Source: an uncultured Desulfosoma sp. (lineage in GTDB: Bacteria; Desulfobacterota; Syntrophobacteria; Syntrophobacterales; DSM-9756). From it: a DNA stretch of 64,000 nt. The stretch is from the NCBI GenBank assembly GCA_937960435.1, contig CALGPN010000003.1, positions 128,117 through 192,116 of the forward strand. The letters are read 5' to 3'. Shown here piece after piece: positions 29,061-38,850 of this stretch. The position numbers and the translations under genes were made by a program. The notes beneath the pieces were generated by a model. It searched no databases. It saw nothing but the letters and a program-made list of their open reading frames with translations, and was not told the origin of the DNA. The first letter of the stretch is position 1. The number at the start of each line of letters is the position of its first letter.

Positions 29061-30488
29061 ATGCCGCAGCGCGGCGAAGGTCGAATCCTGGTGGTGGACG
29101 ATGAAAGGAGCATGCGGGAATTTCTCGAGATTATGCTCCAAAAGGACGGCTACGCGGTGCGGTGCGCCGCCAGCGGTGTGGAAGCTTTGGAAATCCTCAA
29201 GCATGAAAAATTCGATCTGCTCATCACCGACATCCGCATGAAGCCCGTGGACGGCTTGGAAGTCCTCAGGCAGTGCAAACAATTGTCCCCAGCGACCGTC
29301 GTCGTCATCATTTCGGCTTACGCGAGCACGGAAACCGCCGTCGCGGCCATGCGCGAAGGCGCGTATGATTATTTGCCCAAGCCTTTTAAAATCGATGAGA
29401 TGCGTCGGGTCATCGAGAACGCCTTAAAGACCCGGGGGCGTGAACCGCCGCCCCAGGCTCGCCAGGGCCCCTTGTATTTCGGGTGCATGATCGGCGAAAG
29501 CCCCGCCATGAAGAAGATTTACGAACTGATCGAGCGGGTTTCGGCCACCACCAGCAACGTCCTCATCACCGGAGAAAGCGGCACGGGCAAAGAGCTGGTG
29601 GCTAAGGCCATTCATCGGCAGAGCCCCCGGGCGGACAAACCCTTTGTGGCCGTCAACTGCGCCGGTGTGCCCGAATCCCTTATGGAAAGCGAACTTTTCG
29701 GGTACCGCAAAGGGGCCTTTACGGGAGCCGCCACAGACCGAAAGGGCCTGGTGGAGGCGGCCCAAGGCGGCACCTTGTTTTTGGACGAGATCGGGGATTT
29801 GTCGCCCAGTCTCCAGGTCAAGCTACTGCGCGTGGTGCAGGAGAAGACCATCCGCATGGTCGGCGACACGGCGGATATCCCTGTGGATGTGCGCATCATC
29901 TCCGCCACCAACTGCGATCTCGAACAAATGGTCATCGACCGAAAGTTCCGAGAAGACCTCTATTTTCGACTGAACGTGATCCATTTGAGGGTTCCGCCTT
30001 TGAGGGAACGGCGGGAAGACATCCCTTTGCTTGCCGATTATTTTCTCGCCAAATTTTCCAAAGCCTTCGGCAAGGACATTCAGAAAATTTCTTCCTACGC
30101 CATGGATATTCTCAGAAATTATGATTTCCCGGGAAACGTTCGCGAGCTGGAAAACATCATCGAACGGGGGGTTGCTCTGGAGTCGTCGAGCATCATTCTC
30201 CCCGAAAGCCTGACCATCGCCGCCTATCGGAAGAAACGTCAAGACGAGCACGAAACCCTTCGACCCGTATTGCCCCCGGAAGGCATGGATCTGCCCAAGT
30301 TCCTCGCGGACTTGGAAAAAAGCTTTCTCATGCAGGCTCTGGAGCGGTCCGGGGGATCCAAACAAAAAGCCGCACAACTCCTGGGGCTCACCTTTCGATC
30401 CTTTCGTTACCGGCTCCTCAAGCACGGCCTTACCAGCGAAGACGAAGAAGACGATCCCGGCTTTCGAAACCCATCCAGACCCATGTGA
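29061..30488 (+). CDS. Sigma-54-dependent response regulator (NtrC/PilR-like: REC-AAA+-HTH)
   Basis: VVDDE, TDIRM, GESGTGKE, GAFTGA, LFLDEIG, FREDLYFRLNV, PGNVRELEN, AAQLLGLTFRSFRYRL. Confidence 0.93.
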   Translation: MPQRGEGRILVVDDERSMREFLEIMLQKDGYAVRCAASGVEALEILKHEKFDLLITDIRMKPVDGLEVLRQCKQLSPATVVVIISAYASTETAVAAMREGAYDYLPKPFKIDEMRRVIENALKTRGREPPPQARQGPLYFGCMIGESPAMKKIYELIERVSATTSNVLITGESGTGKELVAKAIHRQSPRADKPFVAVNCAGVPESLMESELFGYRKGAFTGAATDRKGLVEAAQGGTLFLDEIGDLSPSLQVKLLRVVQEKTIRMVGDTADIPVDVRIISATNCDLEQMVIDRKFREDLYFRLNVIHLRVPPLRERREDIPLLADYFLAKFSKAFGKDIQKISSYAMDILRNYDFPGNVRELENIIERGVALESSSIILPESLTIAAYRKKRQDEHETLRPVLPPEGMDLPKFLADLEKSFLMQALERSGGSKQKAAQLLGLTFRSFRYRLLKHGLTSEDEEDDPGFRNPSRPM

Positions 30489-30495
30489 GGGGAAT

Positions 30496-31437
30496 CTACC
30501 GAAACCACGAAAGTAAGACGGCGTAGGTCCAGCCGGACACCAAGGTTAACAAGGAAGTGCCTGCGGCGGCCAGTTCGGTGTCACCGCCTAGTTCCGAAGC
30601 CATGATGTAGGTGATGGTCGCCGGCGGGGCCGCCGTAAGGATCAGCACCGGCATGTGGAATGAAGGGGGAACGGAACCCCACCGCATCAGCTCGTAGACA
30701 AGCATGGGAAAGAGAATCAATTTCAAGAATCCGATGACGCTGATGGCCGGGATGAGTTTTTTCAAAGCGCGGAAGGAAAGTGAGGTGCCGATGAGCAAAA
30801 GGGCCAGAGGCAAGGCCATGCCGGAAAGGATTCTGAGGGATTGGGATAGGGCGGGGTGTAAGGAAATGGAAAAATAAGAGAAAATCGTGCCGGCCATGAC
30901 CGAAACGATGATGGGGTTGGTCACGATGCGCTTGATGGTTTCGGTGGGGACGATGCCCCGGGGTGCCGTGCGGGACCCATCACGCGGACCGAAATAGGCG
31001 AAGACGCAGACGGCGAGAAAGTTTTGCGCGATGATCAGAAAGCTGCTCAGGAGGGCGGTTTGTGCGAACAGTTTGTCTCCTAGGGCATAAAACGCGATGG
31101 CGTATGCCATGTAGCCCAAATTGCCGTGGAAGGCGCTGTGGACGAAGGTGGCTCTGAACGGGGCGGGACGGGCGCTCAGACGGGCGCACAGGAGCGCCGA
31201 GGCGGTGATGACGCCGAGGCCCGCCAACATGGACAGCACGGCCCCCGCGTGAAAGTTTTCGGAAAAAGAGGATCGGGCCACTTCATGGAAGAGCATGGCC
31301 GGAACGGCCACGTAATAGACCACACGGTTTGCCGAAGCGATGAATGCCTCCCCGACGAATTGCCGGTGCATGAGGACATAACCCAAGCCGATAATGGAAA
31401 AAACGGGAAGAATGTGGGTCACAAAAACGCTGAGCAT
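30496..31437 (-). CDS. AEC (auxin efflux carrier) family transporter
   Basis: About 10 hydrophobic segments, GNLGYM, NPIIVS, LALLLIG, APPAT motifs; start moved to ATG 31437. Confidence 0.85.
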   Translation of the reverse strand: MLSVFVTHILPVFSIIGLGYVLMHRQFVGEAFIASANRVVYYVAVPAMLFHEVARSSFSENFHAGAVLSMLAGLGVITASALLCARLSARPAPFRATFVHSAFHGNLGYMAYAIAFYALGDKLFAQTALLSSFLIIAQNFLAVCVFAYFGPRDGSRTAPRGIVPTETIKRIVTNPIIVSVMAGTIFSYFSISLHPALSQSLRILSGMALPLALLLIGTSLSFRALKKLIPAISVIGFLKLILFPMLVYELMRWGSVPPSFHMPVLILTAAPPATITYIMASELGGDTELAAAGTSLLTLVSGWTYAVLLSWFR

Positions 31438-31565
31438 CCACCGCCTCCGCTGCAGGGGAAATGATTCGGGCATGCGCCCTGAAAAGGCTTGACCTTGACC
31501 GATCTCGGCTTTAATAGACTCGGGACCCCAAGGGGTAAAGCCAAGAATCCACATGGAGAGCATCG

Positions 31566-31961
31566 ATGGCCAAAGACATGGATAAAGACCAGCTCATGGA
31601 AGACTACGAAGACGACAGCCTGGACTTCGAAGGGGGCGGGGACTTGGACTTCGAAGACGAGGAGGAGGAAATCCTCATCGAAGACGAAGAGGACATGATT
31701 CCCTCCGTCCTTTTGAAAGGGACTCCCAAGCCCAAAACCGAGGAAGACTGGCGAGTCCGCCTTATGGAAGCCAGTCGCGAGGGTGTCCCTGAATACAACA
31801 TGTCGGATTCCTATAAAGAGGGAGATCTGATCTGGCATCCCGTGTTCGGATTGGGAGTGGTGAGCAACGTGATCACCTCTCGAAAGATGGAAGTCGTCTA
31901 CGAAAACAGCAAGAAACTCATGGCCATGAACGTCACCCCTCCCGCTTCCAAGACTTCTTGA
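31566..31961 (+). CDS. Small hypothetical protein: highly acidic N-terminus plus Tudor/SH3-like C-terminal domain
   Basis: D/E-rich first 45 aa; YKEGDLIWHPVFGLGVV motif; GGAG SD. Confidence 0.75.
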   Translation: MAKDMDKDQLMEDYEDDSLDFEGGGDLDFEDEEEEILIEDEEDMIPSVLLKGTPKPKTEEDWRVRLMEASREGVPEYNMSDSYKEGDLIWHPVFGLGVVSNVITSRKMEVVYENSKKLMAMNVTPPASKTS

Positions 31962-32036
31962 TTCTCAGAGACCGTGGCCGGCTGAGCGTTCCCTACGCCC
32001 TCCAGCGCATACCCCTCGTGTGCCGGGGCGTTTGGG

Positions 32037-32897
32037 TCACGAACCGGAGCGCCTCTTCAGCTCTCCTCTTAACGGTTCGATTTTCTCCAGGAGAAAACGG
32101 TGCACTGAGGTTGAACCGGCCACAATGTGGCCGTTTTCCAAGTAGGATTCGGTCGCCCAAAAGTCGGTCACCGTTCCCCCCACTTCTCGGATGAGAAGGG
32201 CTCCGGCGGCGACATCCCAAGGTTTGAGGCCGATTTCCCAGAAGCCCTGGACTCGGCCCGCCGCCACGTAGGCCAGATCCAAGGCGGCGGAACCGGCCCG
32301 GCGAATCCCACTGACCTCGCAAAAGACTTCTTTGAAAACCCGGAGATACGGCTCCAGAAGCTCTTTGGCTCGAAAGGGAAAGCCGGTGGCCAGAAGAGCC
32401 TGTTCCAAAGGGGTTTCTCGAAGAACCTCCAAGGGCCGACCGTTGCATGAGGCGCCGTGACCTCGACAAGCTTCGAACAATTCGTGGCGCAACGGATCGA
32501 ACACCCAGCCCATGACGATGCGTCCCCGGACCGCCAAGGCGACGGAGACGGCGATCATGGGAAAACCATGGATGAAATTAGTGGTGCCGTCCAGCGGATC
32601 CACAATCCACACATGGGACGGCGAATGGTTCTCGATCGGGCGTTCTTCGGACATGAGGGTGTGGTCGGGAAAGGCCTTTCGGATTCGGTTCAAGATAAGG
32701 TCTTCGCAAGAGCGGTCCACTTCGGTCACAAAGTCGAAAGCCCCTTTGCTCTCGACGGCCAGAGGGCCGCGGGACTGAAACTTTTCCCGAATGAGGGCAC
32801 CCGCCTCGAAAATCGCCAGTCGTGCGGTGTGGCGCGCCAGCTTCGCCTCCTGAGGATGAAGAAGCGAGTCCGTGTCCTGACACCTGCCGTCTTTCAC
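32037..32897 (-). CDS. suhB: Inositol monophosphatase family protein (SuhB)
   Basis: FVTEVD, WIVDPLDGTTNF, RRAGSAALDL, WDVAAG motifs. Confidence 0.9.
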   Translation of the reverse strand: MKDGRCQDTDSLLHPQEAKLARHTARLAIFEAGALIREKFQSRGPLAVESKGAFDFVTEVDRSCEDLILNRIRKAFPDHTLMSEERPIENHSPSHVWIVDPLDGTTNFIHGFPMIAVSVALAVRGRIVMGWVFDPLRHELFEACRGHGASCNGRPLEVLRETPLEQALLATGFPFRAKELLEPYLRVFKEVFCEVSGIRRAGSAALDLAYVAAGRVQGFWEIGLKPWDVAAGALLIREVGGTVTDFWATESYLENGHIVAGSTSVHRFLLEKIEPLRGELKRRSGS

Positions 32898-32968
32898 CGT
32901 TGCCCCCCTGGAAACGTTTGCGATAAGGTAGCGACCGTCACCGCTGCGGTTTCCTTATCATCAGGGGG

Positions 32969-33829
32969 ATGGGAATGAAAATAGATTTTCATGTCCACAC
33001 GTTTCCGCCCGAGGTGGTGGCCGATCGGGAACGATTCTTCGACGGGGAGCCGGCCTTTCGGACCCTTTATGGTCATCCCAAGGCGCGCTTATCGGAGACG
33101 GAAGGGGTTCTTGAGGCCATGGACCAAAGCGGCGTGGATGTGGCCGTGATCTTCGGGTTCCCTTGGAAGGACAGGGAAAAGGCGCGCCGTCACAACGACT
33201 ACGTTTTGGAATCCGCATCCCGGCATCCTGAGAGATTCCGAGCCTTGGCCTGTTTTGATCCCACGGCCGACTGGGCTGCGGACGAAGCCGTGCGGTGCCT
33301 CCACGCCGGTGCGGCGGGGTTGGGGGAGTTGGCGGTTTACGAAGGGGCAGACGAGCGAACCGCCCTGGGGGCCTACGGATCCTTGATGGATTTGTGCCGA
33401 GGAAGGCACGCGCTCATTCTTGTGCATGCCAATGAGCCCGTCGGGCATATGTACCCCGGCAAGGCCCCCATGGGTTTACGGTTTTATTATGAACTCGCTA
33501 AAAAAAACCGGGATGTCCCGCTCATCCTGGCTCATTGGGGCGGAGGCCTTCTTTTCTACGAATTGTTAAAAAAGGAAGCCCCGGAAACCCTGGCCCGCGT
33601 CTACTATGACACCGCCGCCTCCCCTTTCCTCTACCGCAGCGATATCTATCGGTGCGCTCTCGACATTGTGGGGCCTCGGCGCATCCTCTTTGGCAGCGAC
33701 TACCCTTTGTTGCCTCCGAGCCGCTATGAAAAGCAGATGGAGGAGGCGGGCCTCGGTGCCGAAGAAAAGGCCGCGCTCTTAGGCGGCAATGCGGCCCGCT
33801 TGCTAGGGTTGGGCGAAACGCCCCCATAA
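32969..33829 (+). CDS. Amidohydrolase_2 family metal-dependent hydrolase
   Basis: IDFHVH, GLGE, ILVHAN, LAHWGG, YYDTAA, LFGSDYP motifs. Confidence 0.88.
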   Translation: MGMKIDFHVHTFPPEVVADRERFFDGEPAFRTLYGHPKARLSETEGVLEAMDQSGVDVAVIFGFPWKDREKARRHNDYVLESASRHPERFRALACFDPTADWAADEAVRCLHAGAAGLGELAVYEGADERTALGAYGSLMDLCRGRHALILVHANEPVGHMYPGKAPMGLRFYYELAKKNRDVPLILAHWGGGLLFYELLKKEAPETLARVYYDTAASPFLYRSDIYRCALDIVGPRRILFGSDYPLLPPSRYEKQMEEAGLGAEEKAALLGGNAARLLGLGETPP

Positions 33830-33861
33830 TCCGGCCCGCGGGGCATGTCCCGGTCCACAAA

Positions 33862-34875
33862 TCATGAAGCGTCGATCAGGCTCTCCTGGAGGAGTTCCAA
33901 GTCCTCCACTTCTTCTTCCAGGTAGGCTTTAAGTTTTTTCTTCAGCCGGCTTTCGATCTGTCGGATCCGTTCGCGGCTGATGCCGAACTGGTCGCCGATT
34001 TCCTGAAGGGTCATGGGTTCGTCGGTGAGCAGTCGATGATCGAAAATGACAGCTTCCTTGTCTTTGAGCCCTTCTCGGAACCGTTTGAGCTTTTCATGGA
34101 GAATGGCTTTGGCTTCGGCATCGGCCAGCATGTCGTCCACGGGAATGTCCCGGGACGGCAAAAAGGCCTTATGAGTGTCCGTGGAATCGTGATCGAGGGG
34201 AGCGTCCAGAGAAATTTCTCCGCTCGCGAGACGCATGTCCATCTCGGTGACTTCGGATTCTTTCACATCCAGCCGTTGACTGAGAAGCTTGGGGCTCACT
34301 TCGATACCTTGGGCTTCCAGCCGCTCCTTTTCCTTGCGCAGATTAAAAAAAAGCTTCCTTTGCGCTTGGGTGGTCCCGATTTTGACCAGCTTCCAGTTGT
34401 CCATGATGAACTTGATGATGTAGGCCTTGATCCAGAAGGAGGCATAATAGGAAAACTTGTAGCCTCGGTAGGGGTCGAATTTTTTGACGGCCTGCATAAG
34501 GCCGATGTTGCCTTCCTGGATGAGGTCCATGAGGTTTTGCATCCAGTGGCGCTGGAAATCCATGGCGATTTTCACCACAAGACGCAGGTTGGAGGTGACC
34601 AGCTTGTAGGCCGCTTCCAGATCGCCTTTTTCCTTGTAGCGAATGGCAAGCTGGGTTTCCTCTTCGCGGCTGAGCAGCGGGTATCTTTTGATTTCCTCCA
34701 AGTAGGCCCGAAGCGGGTCATAAACCTGGGGCCAATCCTTGCTCGGAGTTTCCAGAGCCGGAAGGTCCTGCTCGATCATCTCTTCCGCCTCGGAAAGGGG
34801 CACCTCGTCGGTGAGGATTTCCGACGGGACGTCGTCTTCACCCACCGGGCGTGTGATTTCTTTTTTCTTGACCAT
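33862..34875 (-). CDS. rpoH: RNA polymerase sigma-32 factor
   Basis: RpoH box QRKLFFNLR, NLRLVVKIA, DLIQEGNIGLMQAVKKFDP, TLQEIGDQFGISRERIRQIE. Confidence 0.92.
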   Translation of the reverse strand: MVKKKEITRPVGEDDVPSEILTDEVPLSEAEEMIEQDLPALETPSKDWPQVYDPLRAYLEEIKRYPLLSREEETQLAIRYKEKGDLEAAYKLVTSNLRLVVKIAMDFQRHWMQNLMDLIQEGNIGLMQAVKKFDPYRGYKFSYYASFWIKAYIIKFIMDNWKLVKIGTTQAQRKLFFNLRKEKERLEAQGIEVSPKLLSQRLDVKESEVTEMDMRLASGEISLDAPLDHDSTDTHKAFLPSRDIPVDDMLADAEAKAILHEKLKRFREGLKDKEAVIFDHRLLTDEPMTLQEIGDQFGISRERIRQIESRLKKKLKAYLEEEVEDLELLQESLIDAS

Positions 34876-35005
34876 GGCCTGTCACCGCCTCCCTCCAGTG
34901 CCGGTTCAGGGCGCCGCGTTGCCGTGAACGGTCAAACTCCCACATGGGCCGTTCGGGCATCGTTTAGAACATATTAGCATAATTGGATCAAGACGCCACA
35001 AAAGC

Positions 35006-35034
35006 TTGCGTTTTGGGCGGCTCTTTTCTATAAG
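35006..35034 (+). promoter_or_regulatory. Sigma-70-type promoter for hisC-cmk
   Basis: TTGCGT, 17-nt spacer, TATAAG. Confidence 0.5.
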
Positions 35035-35086
35035 CCTGGGCGTGGACCGGTTGAAAGCCCGCAGAGCGAGAAAGGAGCGCGATCCT

Positions 35087-36193
35087 TTGATCTCCCGGCT
35101 GGTGCCCCCGCATATCGCCGCCATCGACCCGTACCCTCCCGGAAAGCCCATTGAAGAACTGGAGCGGGAACTCGGGATCAAAAACTCCATCAAGTTGGCC
35201 AGTAACGAGAATCCCTTGGGACCGTCCCCCAAGGCCGTGGCGGCCATTCGGGACAAACTCCATGGACTGCACCGTTATCCCGACGGCAGCGGGTTTTATC
35301 TGCGCCGCAGGATCGCCGAAAAATTGGGCGTTCCCATGGAAGCGGTGGTCATCGGCAACGGCTCCAACGAAATTCTCGAGCTGGTCATCCGCACGTTCGT
35401 GCGGCCGGGCCTGGAGGTGATCATCCCCAACCCGTCCTTTCTGGTCTATCAACTGGCCGTGCACACCGTGGGCGGGACGGTGGTCTCCGTTCCCTTGAAG
35501 GACTTCACCATTGACGTGGACGGGGTTCTGCGGGCGGTGACGGAGCGCACGCGCCTGATTTTCATCAACAATCCCAACAACCCCACCGGTACCGTCCTGA
35601 GCGAAACGGCCTTCAGGGAGTTTTTCGCCAAACTTCCTGCCGATGTGGTGGTCGTCATCGACGAAGCCTACATCGAATTTGCACCGCCCGGATCGACCTT
35701 CGACGGGTTGGGTTTTACGGCGTCTCAAGGACCTTGGGTGGTGACCGCCCGAACCTTTTCCAAAGCTTACGGTCTTGCAGGTCTTCGAGTGGGCTACGGG
35801 ATCATGGATCCGGCCGTGGCCGCTTTTCTCCACCGGGTGCGCCAGCCCTTCAATGTGAGCACGCTCGCCCAGGCGGCGGCTCTGGCGGCCTTGGATGACG
35901 ACGATTTTCTGGAAAAAAGCCGCCGGTTGGTTCGCGAGGGCCTGGAATACCTCTATCGAGGGCTCGATGCTTTGGGGGTCAAATACCTGCGGACTTACAC
36001 CAATTTTTTTCTTATCGCCGTTCCGGTGGACGCGAAAAAGGTCTACGAGGCCATGCTCCACGAAGGGGTGATTATTCGAGCCATGAACGCCTACGGATTA
36101 AATCGGTTCGTTCGGGTCAATGTGGGCCTGCCTGAGGAGAACGAGCGATTTCTCAAAACCTTCGCCAAGGTTTTGGCACAGTTCGACCGATGA
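35087..36193 (+). CDS. hisC: Histidinol-phosphate aminotransferase
   Basis: KLASNENP, RYPD, GNGSNE, NPNNPTG, DEAYIEF, RTFSKAYGLAGLRVGY; TTG start after AAGGAG. Confidence 0.93.
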   Translation: MISRLVPPHIAAIDPYPPGKPIEELERELGIKNSIKLASNENPLGPSPKAVAAIRDKLHGLHRYPDGSGFYLRRRIAEKLGVPMEAVVIGNGSNEILELVIRTFVRPGLEVIIPNPSFLVYQLAVHTVGGTVVSVPLKDFTIDVDGVLRAVTERTRLIFINNPNNPTGTVLSETAFREFFAKLPADVVVVIDEAYIEFAPPGSTFDGLGFTASQGPWVVTARTFSKAYGLAGLRVGYGIMDPAVAAFLHRVRQPFNVSTLAQAAALAALDDDDFLEKSRRLVREGLEYLYRGLDALGVKYLRTYTNFFLIAVPVDAKKVYEAMLHEGVIIRAMNAYGLNRFVRVNVGLPEENERFLKTFAKVLAQFDR

Positions 36194-36885
36194 TTGTCGC
36201 CATTGACGGGCCGGCGGGTTCGGGAAAGAGCACCATCAGCCGCCTTTTGGCGGAGCGGCTTGGTGGGGTGTACCTGGATTCCGGGGCCATGTACCGGGCC
36301 GTGGCTTGGGCTTTGGCGCAGAACCGTTTGCTGGAGGCCCAAGACACCGTTCTGGAACGAGTGCTGCCCACCCTGCCCCTGGATTTCGCCGTCCGTGACG
36401 GGCGCCTGCACATCTTGTGGAAGGGGGTTCCACTGGGTGCGGAGATCCGCACCCCCGAGATGACCCGCGCCGCTTCCGCCGTTGCGCAAAGAGAACCCGT
36501 GCGCCGATTCCTCCTGAGTCGACAAAGGGGGGTGGCGCACGAGGGCCTGGTGGTGGCCGAAGGGCGGGATATGGGCAGTGTGGTGTTCCCTGACGCCGAC
36601 GTGAAGATTTTCCTTACGGCCACACTCGAAGAAAGGGCTCGCCGTCGTGTCGCCCAGTATCGGGATCAAGGGATCGATGCCGATTTTCAGGAGGTATTGC
36701 GAAGTCTTCAGGCGAGAGACGACGCCGACACGAACCGTTCCATCGCCCCGCTCAAGCCTGCCCAGGGTGCGGTGCTGGTGGACACTTCCCATCTAACGAT
36801 CGCCGAAGTGGTGCACGTGTTGATGAATGTCGTCGAAAAGGCGGCGAAAAAACAAGCAGGGGATGGAAAGTCCCGTGCAGATTAG
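36190..36885 (+). CDS. cmk: Cytidylate kinase
   Basis: AIDGPAGSGKST, LDSGAMYR, EGRDMGSVVFPDA, RDDADTNRSIAPL. Confidence 0.96.
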   Translation: MIVAIDGPAGSGKSTISRLLAERLGGVYLDSGAMYRAVAWALAQNRLLEAQDTVLERVLPTLPLDFAVRDGRLHILWKGVPLGAEIRTPEMTRAASAVAQREPVRRFLLSRQRGVAHEGLVVAEGRDMGSVVFPDADVKIFLTATLEERARRRVAQYRDQGIDADFQEVLRSLQARDDADTNRSIAPLKPAQGAVLVDTSHLTIAEVVHVLMNVVEKAAKKQAGDGKSRAD

Positions 36886-36972
36886 GATTGTCAAGGGTTG
36901 GGGTGTCTGCTAGAGTGCGCACCCAGTAAAAACGGCGGCAGCCGAAATTCGGACAAGGGGGTAGTGGGTTCA

Positions 36973-38748
36973 ATGGTCACGAAAGAGACATCGGAAAATT
37001 TAGAAATGCAGCATCAAGAGACGCAGGGCACCGTTTTGGAACGCGAAGCCGACGCGGACGACACGGACGGCGACACCTTCGAGAAGCTCTACGAACAGAG
37101 CTTTGGCAATATCCAAGAAGGTGAAGTGGTGCGAGGCAAGGTGGTCCAAATTTCGGACGATTATGTCATGGTGGATATCGGCTATAAGTCCGAAGGAGAA
37201 ATTCCTATCGCCGAATTCAAAGATGAGAAAGGAAACTTGGGGGTCGCCATCGGTGATGAGGTGGACGTGCTCTTGGAATATCACGACGACGACGAAGGGA
37301 CCGTCTTCCTTTCCAAAGAAAAGGCGGAAAAGATAAAAGTGTGGGACGATATCAGCCGCATTTACAACGAAGACGGCGTCATCCAGGGCAAAGTGGTCTC
37401 ACGGGTTAAAGGCGGTCTGGCCGTGGATATCGGCATCCAAGCCTTTGTGCCGGGTTCGCAGGTGGATTTGCGCCCCGTGCGCAACCTGGACGCCCTCATC
37501 GGTAAGACCTTCGATTTCAAGATTCTGAAATACAACAAGAAACGCCGTAACGTGGTCCTCTCGCGCCGCGCCCTGTTGGAAAAGGAGCGCGAGCGCCAAA
37601 AAGGCCAGACCTTGGCCCTGCTGGAAGAGGGCAAGGTCATGGAAGGTGTGGTCAAAAACATTACGGATTACGGGGTGTTTGTGGACCTGGGAGGGATCGA
37701 CGGGCTGCTTCACATCACCGACATGAGCTGGGGTCGGGTGGGGCATCCGTCGGAATTGTGCCAGATCGGGGACACGATCAAGGTCAAGGTGCTTCATTTC
37801 GATCGGGAAAACGAACGTGTCTCTTTGGGACTCAAGCAACTCCAGCCGGATCCGTGGACCAACGCCGCCGAAAAGTACCCCGTGGGCACCAAGATTCAAG
37901 GCAAGGTGGTGAGCCTGACAGATTACGGAGCCTTTGTGGAAATCGAAGAAGGCATCGAGGGGCTCATCCATGTGTCCGAAATGTCCTGGACGCGAAAAAT
38001 CCGCCATCCGTCCAAGATCCTGAGTGTCGGCGACAGAGTCGAAGCCGTCATTCTCAGCATCGATCCGGACCGCAAGCGGATTTCCTTGGGCATGAAGCAG
38101 CTCGAACCGAACCCGTGGAGCGTCATTGCTGAAAAATATCCCGTGGGCACGGTCATTTCCGGCAAGATCAAGAACATCACCGACTTCGGCATCTTCATCG
38201 GGATTGATGAAGGCATCGACGGTCTGGTGCACATTTCGGACATTTCATGGACGAAGCGGATTCGGCACCCCTCGGAAGTCTACAAGAAAGGCCAGGAAGT
38301 CCAGGCCATCGTCCTCAATATCGACAAAGACAATGAACGGTTCTCCCTGGGAATCAAGCAGCTGGAGCCCGACCCGTGGGAGAGTGTGGCCCAACGCTAC
38401 CCTGTGGGAAGCGTCATCACGGGACCCGTGACGAACGTCACCGATTTTGGATTGTTTGTAGAGTTGGAAGAGGGCATTGAAGGCCTGGTCCACGTCTCGG
38501 AAATCGGTAAAGAAAAAGCCAAGGGCGCTCCCGACGAATACAAAGTCGGGGACCGGGTGACGGCCAAGGTGATCAACATTTCGCCGAAAGACCGAAAAAT
38601 CGGTTTGTCCATCAAGAAGGCCGAAGAACACGAAGACCGAACCGACTACAAAGAATACATGAACAACCCGAAAGCGGCCACGTCCAATTTGGGCGAACTG
38701 CTCAAAGGGGCGGCGCTCCAGAACGCGGAAAATTCCCAAGAGGAGTAG
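36973..38748 (+). CDS. rpsA: 30S ribosomal protein S1
   Basis: Six S1 repeats (VDIGYKSEG, AFVPGSQVD, GIDGLLHITDMSW, GLIHVSEMSW, GLVHISDISW, GLVHVSEI); follows cmk. Confidence 0.97.
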   Translation: MVTKETSENLEMQHQETQGTVLEREADADDTDGDTFEKLYEQSFGNIQEGEVVRGKVVQISDDYVMVDIGYKSEGEIPIAEFKDEKGNLGVAIGDEVDVLLEYHDDDEGTVFLSKEKAEKIKVWDDISRIYNEDGVIQGKVVSRVKGGLAVDIGIQAFVPGSQVDLRPVRNLDALIGKTFDFKILKYNKKRRNVVLSRRALLEKERERQKGQTLALLEEGKVMEGVVKNITDYGVFVDLGGIDGLLHITDMSWGRVGHPSELCQIGDTIKVKVLHFDRENERVSLGLKQLQPDPWTNAAEKYPVGTKIQGKVVSLTDYGAFVEIEEGIEGLIHVSEMSWTRKIRHPSKILSVGDRVEAVILSIDPDRKRISLGMKQLEPNPWSVIAEKYPVGTVISGKIKNITDFGIFIGIDEGIDGLVHISDISWTKRIRHPSEVYKKGQEVQAIVLNIDKDNERFSLGIKQLEPDPWESVAQRYPVGSVITGPVTNVTDFGLFVELEEGIEGLVHVSEIGKEKAKGAPDEYKVGDRVTAKVINISPKDRKIGLSIKKAEEHEDRTDYKEYMNNPKAATSNLGELLKGAALQNAENSQEE

Positions 38749-38800
38749 CGCTCGGACGTCTCCCGGGGCGTGAAGCTCATGTTCTTCCCTTGAAGTTGCT

Positions 38801-38832
38801 GGACACCCGGCTTGGTGCAACGCCGGGTGTTC
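38801..38832 (+). other. Stable intergenic hairpin between rpsA and sppA (possible weak terminator or processing stem)
   Basis: GGACACCCGGC / GCCGGGTGTTC 11-bp stem; only a short, offset T-run follows. Confidence 0.4.
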
Positions 38833-38850
38833 GCGTTTAAGGAAGCACGA

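Noticed and set aside
29061-30488. Calling the sigma-54 regulator pilR
   Set aside because: No pilS or pilin genes in the window; the NtrC-family subtype cannot be fixed by eye.
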